This document shows, piece by piece, positions 45,796 to 60,700 of a stretch of DNA of 64,000 bases; the first letter of the stretch is position 1; every line of letters starts with the position of its first letter. The DNA is taken from contig NW_024704766.1 in assembly GCF_018977255.1 (NCBI RefSeq), positions 2,294,001-2,358,000 of the forward strand. The letters are read 5' to 3'. The position numbers and the translations under genes were made by a program. The DNA is from Callorhinchus milii. Its lineage: Eukaryota. The notes below the pieces were generated by a model, which was not told the origin of the DNA, ran no database searches, and saw only the letters and a program-made list of their open reading frames with translations.

Positions 45796-48700
45796 ATGGG
45801 CTGCAAAAGCTTCGAGATGCTACATAATAATTTGCGAGCAGCGTGGATTTTATCGTTGGCTTTATTTTATGTAGGTTTTGTAGTAGCTTTGTCCTCTGCT
45901 GATCACTCTGCAACAAACTGTACTGCAGACTCTCTTATCAACTGTACAAAAGGACAATACTACACATCTGGTCACTGCCTTGAATGTCCACCTGGATTCT
46001 AGTGAGTACAGCGTTGTGTTTTGTTCTGATATTTAGCTGTTATTGGTTGCACGTATTGGATTTAAGGTACTACCAGCCTCTGGCTACCAGAGAAATAATG
46101 TTTCTGTACGAATTCATGACCAACTAGTCTGTACGTTAACCTGGTCTCAAAGTAAAAAAGAAAATTATAAGCTGTTTCAAACTAACCAAGGACCAGTCTG
46201 ATGAAACACAATGGTCTTCTCCAGTAGTCTGGGAATTTCCTGTGTTTCTAAGAAGAGTTTGAATCTTGCGTAGCTCTGTTTAAATGAATAAATTATATAT
46301 TAAAATTAAATGTGTGCACAGAGCCTATGTTAAGGGAGTTGACGCGTGCTGCAGTCTGTGGGGTGAGCATACCAATCGATCTTGTCTTGTTCTTTGTTTT
46401 CTAATAATAATAATGATCGTTGCATTTGAGATAGCGCTTTATCACGTCGTTGAGACGTCTCAAAGCGCTTCAGGGGTTGTACTGTAAAGTGAATTAACTG
46501 TGTATTTTGTGGGTGAGTCTCACTTTTGACGTGGATTTAAAACCTTTGTATTGATTGTTTCCCGCGTTGTAGCTGCCCAGGGAGAGGAGCAGACCCAAGG
46601 AGATGCTGTCCCGGCCCACGCATTGATTCTGCTGAGAAAAATAACGTTACAGAATGTCAGGTGAGCACATCGCCTCCATTTTATCTCTTTCAATGGCTTC
46701 TCCTTTTTCCTGCCACGAGGCATTGCTGAGGCAAAGTCCTTTTACTCTCAACTATTGAACTGCACGACTCAGAAAACAAGCGCAGTATAAATATTGTGTC
46801 CAATGTTTACTGAGTGATTAAAATAATGGCAACAGGAACGTGAAAGACAATGTATATACCTATTGTTCATTACCTTTGCTTTGTGTCAACAACAGCAAAA
46901 GGACATTGTAAGCAGATAGTAGCGTTGAAATTAAAGTGGCAGTCAGTTAAACAATAAAGCAGGATGATAGAAAAGGGAAAGTATACCGGTCTTCGAATGT
47001 GTTGCTTGGGAATCCAATTTAGTCGAGTAGAGTCTGATTTCTGTCATGTAAAACCCATCAATTAATAATGTCCATTGACCTGTGCCTCCTGATTGCAAAG
47101 TTTCCTCATTTGAGTTATGTTTGCTCTTGCATTTTAATTGAGGTGAATAATTTATAGTTGAACCACTCAGTGCTCAATCGGCAAGAAATCAGAGTAGCAT
47201 TAAAACCTACAGTGAAATAGTAGCTCACGATCCTACAGTGACAGCTTTACTGAAGTACAGTACATTAATATTTGGCTTTTATCATGAATTTTGACTGTTG
47301 AATGATATCGATTGTGGAACCTGATAGAGGTGAGCAGTACTGACTGGTGTCATCCTCCTAACACTACCCTCCCTGTCCTGCACCGTTTCTGATTCCAAAC
47401 CCCAACTCAGGTCCAGAACCCTGACTGTCCAAGGCCTTGGGATGTCCTTCCGACGTGAAAGGTGTCGTACAAATGTAATTTGTCGTCGGCGTTGTTGTTG
47501 TTGGTGGTGGTGTAAATATAATCCTGAAAGTATTTTGTTGAAAATGATATAAATATATCAATTGGCTTAAATTGTTTGAACTGAAATTGTTTGAACGGCT
47601 ATCTTTAAGACCTTTTAGCACTCTCGGTTCTCCTTTTTTCTCCGCAGGAGTCTACCCCCAAGCCGTGTCCAAATGGTACTTACAGCAATCTACACGGACT
47701 AGAAAGTGTGTCCCAATGTGCTCTCTGTCCCGCTGGAAAATACTGTTTCAGTGAAGGGACCGAACCTGCGGCGATCACCTGGCCTGTGAGTAATCAAGCA
47801 TTGCAGACACGGCTGAAAAGTGTTAACAGACATTAGGGTATTTTCTGTGAGGTCTCATTACATTAGAGACTGCTGTTATGATAGTATGATAGGAAGGACT
47901 TTAGAGCCTGTGGAGATTTAACACGTCTTCTTAAAACAGTGGTGTGGATCCCAAAATGTGAAACTCCCCTCCGAAAAAAGTTTCGAACTTTTAAATAACT
48001 AATGTTAAAGGTACACTAACAGAGGAAGGTCTTTAGATGGGACGATGGGACAAGACGCTACTAAAGAGCAAATAGCAAATAGCTCACGTCCTTTGGTTGT
48101 AGAGCGTCTCAGAGAGTTTTGTTAAGCGCTCTGAGACGCTACCTGTGTGGAGGGCGCTATATAAGTGCAAGTTGTTGTTTGTTGTTGTTGTTATAGACTG
48201 GACACTGCCCCAGAGGACACTACTGCCCACTGGGGACGGGGAACCCATACTCTTTCCCATGTAAACCTGGCTTCTACCTGAACACATCTGGAGCAGAGAC
48301 AGAGGAGAGCTGCTTCCGGTGCCCACATGGCTTCTACTGCAACCATTACGGTTCCAAAGAGCCAAACCTCTGCCAGAAAGTGAGTATTTTCTAAACAACG
48401 GAACACATTTGGATTCTTCCTGTGCTTTTTGATGATGCGGCAAAAGCACAATATCAAACGCAAAAGGATTACTATTATTATTATTCTCTTACTATGTTTC
48501 AAATATTCTTCATACCAGCTCGGTGTGTTCCCTCCGCAGGGCTTTTACTGTGTGAGTGGCAGCGTGAACCCACACTCCTGTGGCCTTGGAACATACAGCA
48601 GCAGAAGTGGCCGTCGGACAGTGTCTGAGTGCCTGCCTTGTGGAGGTGGGCAATACTGTGCTGATGTAGCTCTGACTAAACCAACTGGCTACTGCAAGGC

Positions 48701-51700
48701 TGGGTTCTATTGCAGGGAAAGAGCGACTACAGCGGTAAGAGTCAAATATAGGTCCCGAGTTTCTAATTTACAACCCGCAAATCCCCGCCAAGCCATCATA
48801 ATCCCTTTAGTCATTAGTTACGCTGTGACCTACACAATAAGTGTAAGGATTACACCGGCAACTCTCCAAAAAAAAGGTCTGAAGCAAAAGACTCACAGGA
48901 ATTATCATAGTGCCAGATGATCATATCTGTAACCCAAAGTCATATCTGCCTGATATTTAGTTATAGTTTTGTTCTATTAATGTCCAGATCTGTATTCTCA
49001 CCGTAGACAAACAGAGTGGACTCTTGGTAACTAGTCAGATATTGCCAGAGGAGGCAGAACGTGTTTCTGACCTGCAGAAGAACCGTTGGCAACAAGACAG
49101 AGCTGTAGGTAGAAAATAGTATTTATAACATGTTGAACACAAACTAGTCCTGTGTGTCTTTGCTTTCTAGACCCCGTCTGATGGGATCACTGGGGATATC
49201 TGTACAGCTGGGGGTTACTGTCCCTTTGGTTCAGCGTTCCCCAAGCCCTGCCCAGCAGGTACCTTCAGCAATAGCAGTGGTCTGAGGAGCTCGAAAGACT
49301 GCGAGACCTGTCCCCCAGGGTACGATGCTCTACTATCATGTCTTCCAAAAGTTCTCTCATATGAAGGTGTGCACTAAGAATTGTGGGCTCAGTCCCCACT
49401 TGGGGTCAGGGTAGATTAACATTCCATAGCAGGAATGGGAAGCCCTGTGGAGTTGGACATATTGCCCGAAGTCTCTCTGACTCATTCCTCTCCCTCTCTT
49501 TCAATGCAAGTCTCAAAACTCTCTGTGATCTCTTTGACTGTGTTTTTTGGTCATTTTCTCCTCACTGGGTGAGCTTTAGGACATCCTCCTGACATGAAAG
49601 GCGCTATAAAATGTAAATTGTATTGTATTTTAATTTTTTTTAGTATAAAGATATAATAACAGTAATCCTTGCATATGATAATAGCACCTTATCACGTCTT
49701 CGAAATGACTCAAAACGCCTCACAGAATATATTGTAAAGTGAAGTGACTTACATTTCTGTGGGCGACACACACGGCAGACAATTGCACATAAGGGTATAG
49801 TCCAAAACATTCAGATGCGGTACAATGAGTGGGGAATAGGAGTCCTGTAGCTCAGTGGTTAGAGCACTCGCTTTGCAAGTGAGAGACCTGAGTTCAATTC
49901 CAAGCAGAGGGCGAAACCTCGGGCAAGTTTCCTTACTCCACACAGAGCCTAATAATAATCCTCCAAAACCAAAAACAATAATAAATTGGTCATTTTCAAT
50001 CCACGACTGTTTGTGGGACATTGCTGTGCGCAATTGGCTGCCGCCTTCGCCCACAAATATACAGTCAATTCACTTTACAGTGTGTTCTGTGAAGCGCTTT
50101 GGGACGTCCTCCCGACGTGAAAAGCGCTTTATCAAATGCAAGGATTATTATTATTATTAATAATAAGATGGATAGCCCTGAGCAAACATGAAATGTGAAG
50201 ACTCAATTTCACTCCAGCATTCTTACTCGATTGATCTAACCATGTTGACCACTTAACCAGTAGCCTTATTTTAACAGTCTTGCTCTGTTGCAGGTTCTAT
50301 TGCGCTGGATTAAGTAACCGAGCTGTGTCGGGTCTCTGTAAACCAGGATACTTCTGTACAGGTGGTGCCTCATCTCCAGCTCAGCGTGGGGTGAGAGAGG
50401 GACACTATTCTCTCGCTGGAGCTGACAAACCAGAGCCCTGTCCATTGGGCACTTATCAATCAGTATGTGTCGTTTAATCTATTGAGAATTTGTTCTGGAA
50501 TGAAATGATTCAGGCGTGTTTTGTAATCTTGTGCCGTACTTGCAAAGCACTGGTGTGTTACTGATTCTGTTTGAGTCTTGAGCACAATCCAATATAGTCC
50601 AAAACCCACTCCAGTCCCGTACGCTGTGTCCCTTTCGCCCACAAAACACACAGTCAATTCGCTTTACAGTATATTCTGTGAAGCGCTTTGAGACGTCTCG
50701 AAGGCGTGATAAGGCGCTGTATCAAATGCAAGGATTATAATCTTTGTTGTGCCTCTCAGAGACATATTTTGTGTAATATTGTTGTGCTTTGGAAACGTGA
50801 GGCAGCAGATGGTTATTCTGCACCATCCTCTGGTGGGTGGGTTTGGCCATTACAGGAAAGTGGATTGAGAATGCACAAACTCTTTTCTCGTCGGGGATTC
50901 ACAGTTAAATTAAAAAAAAGGCTAAAAAGGTGTGAATATCACATTCTGGGGCGAATTTTGGGACTTGTACGATCCTGATCTTTGTGCAATTCTAATAATG
51001 TAGTTGTTTTCAAACTGCTTTCTAATACTTACAAAGCTTTTCTGTCTGTGATAAGTACTGTACTTGCAAAGTACTGGTGTGTTGCTAAGTTTATTTGAGT
51101 CTCGATCACAATCCAATATATTCTAAATCTACTCCAATCCCATACGCTGCGTTCCCTTTCCAAGTCTTCCTTTGACGTTTCAAAGTCAGTTCATCATGAT
51201 TGATGTTGCCTCTTTGAGGGATTTCTCCACGTGGTCTATAACCACAAACTGGTCAGTTTGTATGAAGTAGAAATTGCTCAATAGTGTTAAAATATAAAAT
51301 TCTTTCTCTGTAATATGAATCTGATTTTTATATCTTTGCTTTTGGATCTGACAGGCGCCTCTCCAATCATCTTGTCAGGATTGTTTGCGGGGATGGTTCT
51401 GTAACCAAACTGGTTTGGCCAATCCACTGCTGTGCCTCACAGGTCACTACTGCACCTCCGGAAATGTTTTACCAATTCCGTGCCCTGTGGTAAGCCAACA
51501 ATAATCTTTGCAAATGATATACCCCGGATAACATCTCAAAGCACGTTAAAATAATTCCCATTGCAGGCAACGGTGTGAGGCAACTTGCAATGTCCCACAG
51601 ATAATTGATTCAGTTTGTGATGATTGGCCAGAACAGTAAAGAAGTTCCTATTCATTTTAAATAATATCATTAGATTATTTAATACCCATTTTAACAGGTA

Positions 51701-54700
51701 AAGGACCAGGACTGCACTTGAGCTAAAAGACACAATTTAGGACGTGAACTCACAACCTTTTGTTGCAGTGACAAGAGTTCTACCAAGTGAGGCAAACTGA
51801 AACATGATTGGGATGAGTGGGTGTTTTGTGAAGGGAAAAGGGTAATAGCTCTTATGTCATAGTAATCTAAATAATTAGACAAACTCGGGCTCCTCAGTCT
51901 TGAGAGAAGACAACTCAGAGGGGACCTCATATAGAGGTGGTTGACATTGGAAATGGGATTGAAAACGTAAACCCAGATTAATACTTTAGGATGCGATGAG
52001 ACAGTACAGCAAGAGGGCATAGGTTTAGAATTATAGAGGGCAATTTTAGGACAAATACCAGGAAGATTTTCTTTACTCAGAGGGTAATTAGCAACTGCAA
52101 CAGGTTGCCAGGAAAGGTGATTGAGGCCAGGACACTGGGACTTCTTTAAAAAGTAATTTGATGCAGTGATGGTTGGAGGAGAGGGAGTTATGGAAATATG
52201 AGATTGGATGGGCCAAAAGGCCTTCTTCACGCAAACAATCTTGTGGATAGAGTGGTTAACGGATATCAATATTCTTTGCTAAAGTAGCTTAGCCAGTATG
52301 ATGGCTCAAAGTGTATTGCAAAGACGAGCTGAGCTGCATGAGTCATTAATTCCTCTTGTACCTATTCTTTCAGGGATACTACCTGGATCAGATGGGAGCA
52401 GAGGACGTTAGTTCCTGTAAGCTTTGTGATATAGGCATGTACTGCGGTCGAGGAGGCCTGACTGCTCCAGAAGGACCCTGTCAAGCTGGATATTACTGCA
52501 CAGGAGGCTCCAACACTTCCTTACCTGTATGTTCACAAAAACAGAATTCAACCGAAGAGCAAAGTATCTCACAATTAGAATCCCTTCGCCTGGCCCCTTC
52601 CCTCGCCTCCTTTCAAAGTCCGTCTCAACACCCTTCTCTTTGACCGTGCCTTCGGTCATCTCCCCGCCCCCCCACAACCCTCCCGAATCCAACCCACAGC
52701 TTCAAAAAGTAATAATAATGATTGGGTCACTGGGGTGATTGGTGTATAGAGTTTGGTTTGAGTGAGGAGTTTTGGATGAGTTGCAGCTTGTGAATGGTGG
52801 AACTAGGGAGACCAGTGAGGAACTGGTTGGAAAAAAAAGTCTGTTCAAGTCTGAACATCCACAACTTACTTACCATAATTGTTAAAAAAAAACTCACACC
52901 TTACGGACTTCAGGTTCCTTTGAAGATGATTCATTCTCATTTTATTTTCTAGTTGGGGATGTCCTTTGGTAACATTTGCCCAGCTGGCTACTATTGTCCT
53001 TCAGGGAGCAAACATGCTTTTGAACACCCCTGCCCAATAGGGACATGGAATAATTTTACAGGCGCCCAAGATATTGCCTCGTGTCTCCCATGTACTCCTG
53101 GATTAGTCTGCAATGGTGTTGCCTTGAGGGAACCCAATGGATTGTGTGCATCAGGTATGCTCATCTTATTACAACTGATGAGAATCTGTTCAGCAAGGTG
53201 GGGATGGAAAAACAAAGGCACAGATTAGTCGGAGCTAATTGAATGTTTCTTATACTGCAACGCGCCAATTTTTTTTTGACAGTTTTAAGAAGTCTACAAA
53301 TTGTGTTATGAACTTGAATGGACTACAACTGGAATGTTTAGTGTCAGGCTGACTGAGGTGATACCACTTTCACCTCTGAGTCAGAAGGTTGTGGGTTCAA
53401 GCGACAGGTCGGGACTTTGAACTCTTAGTTTACTCTAACATTTTAGTATCATAGCCTGCATCATCGTTGTGCCATCCTGTCTGAGCTGTAGTGGGGAGGT
53501 GCTGCAATGCTGAAGGCGTTATTCTTCAGATGAGACGTTAAACCTATTATTTATTTATTTTCAAAGGAAGTGAACATGTGAGGATCTCCCAGATTTTATG
53601 CACTTAGCAACTCTATGCATTGGAACCGGGTTAACTGTCTTCTGCTTTATTTAGGATTTTATTGTACAACGGGAGCTAAAACACCAATGCCTCTGGATGG
53701 AGTAACAGGTAATGTGTGCCCAGAGAGTCACTATTGTCCAGAAGCTACAGCAGTACCGTTACAATGTGGTGACGGATTTTACAACAATATCAAAGGTGAG
53801 CAGATAGCTTCGGTTTTGTGTCGTTTACACTATTTCTGGCAATAGGCCTAACGTCAGAGGCAACGTGTAAACTCAACGAGCTGCTTCTGAAGGTTACTGC
53901 TATCTCCCGAGACTCTTTTGAGAGATCAGGCTTTTCTTGCTCTAGTACTGTGTGTTTTTCCTTTACCTTGGGTCAAGCCACATAGCGTATAGTCATCTTT
54001 TCCAGTCCAGTAGAATTTCTTGTTTCTTTGTCATATGTGGTTTCATGTTATTTAAGAGTATTCAACCAATAAACCAATTGATTGTTCCATGTTTATGCTC
54101 AATTTAGGTCAAGAGAAGTGCTTTGATTGTCCTGCTGGGTTTTACTGCGTCAAAGGGCATCCATTAAGACCCTGTCCACGAGGGCATTACTGCATAAGGA
54201 ACACTGGAAAAAACTATCTCCGTTGTCCACCGGGAACTTACAATCCAGTTGCAGGACTAACCAACATCAAACAGTGTCTTCCATGTTCTCCTGGTCAGTC
54301 AAAGCAATCAGGTTTAATGATTATCTTCCATCAAATCTGGTTGGCATTTTCCAGTCTATCACTTCTGAGGCACAAATAAGGTAGAGTTAGACTCCAGGAG
54401 TCTTTTCTCTACAATTTCCATCCTTTCAGACCTGCAAAGGCAGCAGAACAAGAGGACAGAAGTTTAAGGCCACAAAGGGTAATTTTATTTTAGTTGGTTT
54501 CAAATTCCATTAAGCATTAGGTGTGGGGCCTTAGTAGCTTTGAATTTCTATTACATAAACACATGGATCTGCTAGTCACTATCATATTGATATCCCCTTG
54601 TTATGAATTCCCCAATACAAGGAAGTATTTCTTTGCACAGAGGGTTGATAACAGTTGGAATGGATTTTCAGGAAAGCTGCTGGAAATCACTTAATGATGA

Positions 54701-57700
54701 CAAGACTCATTTGATGGTGTAATGAGAAGTAGTGCGGTGGATGATAGTAAGGGAAGATCAAATGGGCCACAAGGTACTTTAGGGAGATTTTGTGAAGTGA
54801 AGGCATCATTCCCAGACTGCAGATATATACTCAATCTCATATTCATGATAAATATCTTTGAAACTGCTTTATGTATAACAAATACCTGGTTTTATACATG
54901 TTTTGAGCAAATTTACTGTTCTGCGTCTTTATTTTGAAGGGAGATTTTGTGGCGAGTGGGGATTAAAAACTCCATCTGGATCCTGCCAGCGGGGATATTT
55001 CTGCTCAACAGGTTCAGTATTTGTACTCTCGTTAATTCCAGCTCTAACTGATTAGCCAGATATCCGGTAGAATGTGCACAAATTAAATTCTTGGATCAAT
55101 TTAACCCAGAACAGAGAACACGCTTTCTGTCTATTTGTCCACATTTATTCCATTTTGAATTAACTAATAATAATAGTAGTAGTAATCTTGCATTTGATAT
55201 AGCACCTTGTCACGTCATTGAGAATTAACTTTGGACCTCTTAATGTCAATTAGGTGTGAATATTGAGAATCCAGATGGTAACATCAGCGTTGGAATAGGA
55301 GGGCCCTGTCCAATAGGTTATTATTGTCCATCTGCTACAGCTGTGCCCCTGCCTTGCCCATTGGGCACCTATTCAGAGAGGTAAGTGAACTCCATGGTTC
55401 CCAGTGACTATCCTCCTTGGGGAAGGGGAAAAGAGAATCAGAACCTTCTCGGGACTGCGCTGGATCTGAGATGACATGTCAGGCAATGGAATATCACAAT
55501 CAAATTGGTCCTCTGTGGTAATCTCAGTAGTTCGGCTCATTTAGCAGGTTCACAGGACTCCCAAAGGCACCACTGGTGGCAGACCAGCGAGCCTGGTTCA
55601 TTGGCAGGACAATGAGGACTTGTAATTGCAGAACAGAAGATCTTATCGGAGTTGTAGAGTTAACAGGAGCCAAGTGGCACAGGAACAACTATTAACCCTG
55701 CAACCTCCTAAATCCTTTTATTGACTCCCCTTAGTCGCTATATTATATTTGAATCCCCTGGTTACGGACTCCCCAACAAGTATAGTAATTGCTGAAATTT
55801 CATTTGCAGCTTTGCATTCTTTTTAATGTCATTTGGCTATTAGCCAGATATTTTGATTTGCTGCTGTGAGAAGAGGGTTTGGAGCATTGTTTATCCTCTA
55901 ACTTAAGGTTTTGAACCTTGTTTCTGCAAACCATTTGGAGCCGTTATGTGCAGCTGATGGTTGTTGCTCTCTGTGTGTGTCACAGACTGGGTTTGGCAAT
56001 TGCTTCTAATTGCACTGCTTGTCGGGCAGGAATGTATTGTGGGTCACCAGGTCTGACCCGACCCTCAGGAAACTGTGATCCAGGATTCTACTGCTTCTCC
56101 AGTGCCACAACGCCAGCTCCTTGGGGTAAGTATGTTCCGAAACTTCTTAAAAAGTTGCTTGATCTTAATGGCAAGTTTAGGTGCGTAAGATGTTTTCATT
56201 TATGGCTTTGGATAATGAGAAGAAACAAAACAGTATGAAGAAATCGTTGTCATTATTTCAAAAGATCTTTCAATTTGAATCGAGATGAACTGTTGGCTCG
56301 GCCACTGTCAGTGTAACGCTATGTAGTTGCAGAACAGACGATCTTAGCTGAGTTAGTTGACTTGGGCTGAGGAAAATCAGCCAGGGTTTCTACTCCAAAG
56401 GACTAAACTTTCTTATGGGTTTTTGTCTTGCCTTACAATGTAATCGTGCAGGATTTTTGATTAGTTTTAAGTTCAGTCTTAATTCGGAGGCTGATTTTCT
56501 GCAGTTCTTGTTATTACAACAGGTGATGTCTCATATTGTTCTAGATCGTAAAACAAGGCATTGCAGGCACTAGTTCGGAACCATAATGTATTTTTTCGGG
56601 AGTGGGGATGTATTTAAAGAACCACTTCAATTCCCTATTGGTAAATATCTTGGATCTCCAGAAAAGAAAGAATATACCGAAAGATCTACAGAAAAGAAAA
56701 TGTATCTGAAAAGTGTTACGCTTTCTAACAATGATCTCGTACAATGTTGTTGCGTCGTCCTCCTGACGTGAAAGGCGCTGTACAAATGTATGTTGTTGGT
56801 GTTATTCTGCTTCTAGCTCTGGGTGACATTGGAGGACCCTGCCCCGTGAGCCATTTTTGCCCAGCAGGCACTGCACAGCCCATCCCGTGTCCAGCCGGCA
56901 CCTATAATAACCTCTCTAGACAAGCCAGCTGCTCTACCTGTGCCGCAGGATATTACTGTCCAGAGAACTCCACCACATACCTTGCTTATCCCTGCCCCCC
57001 AGGATTCTACTGCCCCAACGGTAAGAACGTAGACCCAGACCTCAAAGCGTTTCACTAGATTCGTTTCACACTATATCCTGTGAAGCGCTTGGAGACGTCT
57101 CGAGCACGTGATGAGGCGCTATATCAAATGCAAGGGTTCCTTTTTATCATTCACTGCTTTTATTGGTGCCGAGGATAGATCATTAAATGGGCTGCTTGCA
57201 CATCAGAATTTTATGCACAAATCAAAACCAATCTGAGCACGGAAATCTGAGGTAACCGCAAGACCCCCTAACTCCTAAGGTCTCGAGACGGGCCGTGAAG
57301 GAGGCAGTGAGGTTTCGGAGTTCCAGAGGGTGGGGGCAAAAAGGCTGACAGGCCCGGCTGCTGATGGTGGGGTGGACAGGGTGGGGGCGGATGGACGTGT
57401 CAGTGCCAGTGCCCGCCGAGCGGAGGGAGCGAACATGTTGGTAAGATTTATAAATTGCTTTGTTTGATTCTGTGCCTAAATGACTCTAGTCTGGCCGTGT
57501 AACATTCAGCTTTGCGTTCACAGGAACAAAACACGCCACCGAGTTCCCCTGCCCAAGGGGATACTACAATCCAGAGCCAATGACCCAGAGTGTGGACAGC
57601 TGCCTGCCCTGCCCTCCAGGGCACTACTGTGAGAAAGAGAAGCTGACGACTTTATCAGGAAAGTGCAAAGCTGGTAGGTACCTCTCGATACTTGGGTTAC

Positions 57701-60700
57701 TGAAATACTACAGTATAATAATAATACAATATAATTCTTGCCTCTGAGTTCCAAGGTAATGGGTGAAAGCTTCACTGAGGACCTGAGCACATAACGGACA
57801 GTGTACTTTGTGGGCAAATGCGGCAGCCAAGTTGGACACAGCAGCACCCACAAACCACTATGAAATTGTGTTCAGTGCATTGCTGGTGGAATGCTGCAGT
57901 TGAAAGTAATTTTACGGAGGCGTTTAAACAATCCTGGGTTTGCTTTGGCTTAAATCGTATTATCTGGAAAGGCTATAGCTTTGCATGTGGCATCTTCTGA
58001 TGTGTTCGGTTTACCTTAGGATGGTTTTGTGTATCCGCTGCCTGGACATCCCAGCCATTTGACCTCGATAACTACACAAATGCAAACTGTCTCTGCCCAG
58101 CCACGGCCACAGGAGGTAAATGCCAGCCTGGCTATTACTGCCCCGAGGGAAGTGTTGGACCTGTGTCCTGCCCACCGGGGGCTTATTGTAACGATTCAGG
58201 TTTGTTAAACATTTTATCATCTACTTTTCCATTTGACATAGCTGGAGTTACTCTCAGCTCTGCAGTACAAGGCTGTGGATTTAATCCCTGCGTCAGGACT
58301 GGTAGAACCTCCTTTTGAAGCTTGAATTGGAGATGGGATCAGGGTTTGAAAAAAGCAATGCTCCAACCCAAGCGAGGAGAGAAGGGACAGATGCAATACA
58401 ATATAAGAAAGATAGACTGAAAGCCTGGCTGCCGATGGTGTGGGAGGGGTTTGGACATGAACCAGGCTGATGCCCGCTGAGTGAAAGGAGTGGCTCAGTT
58501 GGGTAGAGGTAAAGTGGGGTTAAGACCGTGGAGGGAATTGAAAATGAGGGCCAGGATCTTGAAGTCAATCCACTGGGCTGTGGAGAGCAAATGGAGACGG
58601 GCAAGTTTTGAACTCCAAATCCTTGACAGGGGGACTTGAACTCACAATCCTCTGATCCAGAGGTGAGAGGGCTACCAACTGAGCCACGCTGATATGCGAA
58701 AAAAAGTAAATGGACCTCTGGGTTGTATTTCAGGGGCATTGGAAGCAAAAGCAAGGAGGTAACGTTACGTGTTTACAAGATGTTGTTTGGAACATAGTCT
58801 CTGGGCTGTTCTGGGCAACACATAACGGGCATCAGGTTCCTCAGCTGATAGCAGTTTGTGTTGTACATGTCATTAATATAACTGGCTCATGTTCTCCTCA
58901 TTCGCACCATCCCTACGCTGTAGGTTTGGCAGTGCCCAGTGGAAAATGCAGTGCTGGCTATTACTGTACAGGAGAGGCCACTCATCCACAGACCACCGAT
59001 GGTGTCACTGGTAATATATGTCCCCGAGGGTCATATTGTGGTACGTACATTTGACGGATCAGATGGATAGACATATGATTTTGACGCAACATCTTAGGCC
59101 TGAGATTTCTCCTGGTTGTCTTAAAATTTGCTGGAAAGAATCCAGAATTTTGTAAAATTCTTCACTTAGAAGCAGGTTTTCCACAGTGCCCCGAATGAAA
59201 TTCGCGGAAAACCGGATTCTAAATTAAAACTGAATCTTAAATCGATCTTAAATCCGAAGGCAATTTCGGATCTGATAACGCATGAGCAGACAAGAAAGGG
59301 GCGAGTCATTGTCAGTGATGTGAATGCAATTTAGGAGAAGGTACGGTCCCCTCTTGGATGATTTAAATAATAATATTTGCAAATGAAATGCACTGATGAG
59401 CCAACCCAATGGCACTTTGAATTGGTTTTGAGTGAAAGGGAGAACTGACCTGATTTTCATGTTGATTGTGAGGACTTTTGTGCTGTCGCTAAAGACTGCC
59501 GGTGACTTGTTTCCTTTTTGACACGGCGAGTAACTATTTTTATGATTACTGAAGCAGCGTCCGCCTTATGAAAGAGATTTTGTCACTGATGCATGAAAGC
59601 ACCAATCTGCAAGCAAAGGGTTTTACAAACATTCAGTTATATTATGATATAATAATTATTATTATAGTTCAGTAACACTATTGTAAATGTTCCGATCTGA
59701 ATTCTCAGGTCCTGGGTCAGACAAACCATCATTATGTCCTTCTGGCACTTTCTCCAACGTTCAAGGTCTAAGTGATATTTCGGAGTGTTTACTCTGCACA
59801 CCTGGATTTTATTGTGAGATCCCTGGCCTCACCACTCCGACTGGTGTCTGCTCTGAGGGTAAGATCATACCCTCATTGTGCTAAACTATTATCCATTTCA
59901 ATCGGCAGAACTTTTCACATTGGGTTCAGTTGGCGATTGTGTTGTCCGGTGTAACCTAATTAGAATTTGCTGGATCATCGATGAATGTTGCTGGTGTTAG
60001 CTCCCTACTGGGTTATCTATTCGAATCCCATTCCCCCTGCTCTTTTGCCCTAACCCTTTAATGGTACTTTTTTTTACTTAAGTTATTTATCAATTTTCCT
60101 TTTAAATGTTGTTTTGCCCAGATGTGATCAAATAATCTATATTCCAACAAGATGTAGGGTTTGAAGACACGTGAGAGTTGAACAGATTCTAATTGATATG
60201 AGCGAACAAACCCTAAAACATTACTTTAGGACCACAAGGCCTGCAGAACAAGAATGACAGAGAATCAAGCTTGTGAAGGATAAGTTTGGGATAGACACCA
60301 GGAAATAATTCTTTGCACAGAGGTGGAACAGATTACCAAGAAGGATGGAAGCTGCTTGTTAAATGTGCTTGAATTTATAATTCATATTAATTATTGCAGT
60401 GACATTAATTATACTCTGCCTTCCTGATCTGCTATTTTTAAATGCTAATCTGATATATACATATATTTATTGCTCCTAGGATATTACTGCCCACCAGGCT
60501 ATAGTGTGAGTAAGGCTGTTGAATGTCCCATAGGACACTATTGCCCAGAGGGATGTCATAGTCCTTTACTGTGTGAATCAGGCTCATGGCAAAACTTGAT
60601 GGGCCAGGGTGGATGTAAATCATGCGAAGCAGGTATCTTATCTCCCTTTTTAATACAAAATGTTTTTTGTTACTATAGTGAATTTGTCGCAGGGCTCATT

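Noticed and set aside
46000-46002. Apparent TAG stop ending the signal-peptide ORF at ...CPPGF
   Set aside because: TA|GTGAGT is a splice donor; joining to C at 46573 makes TAC (Tyr) and continues YCPG.
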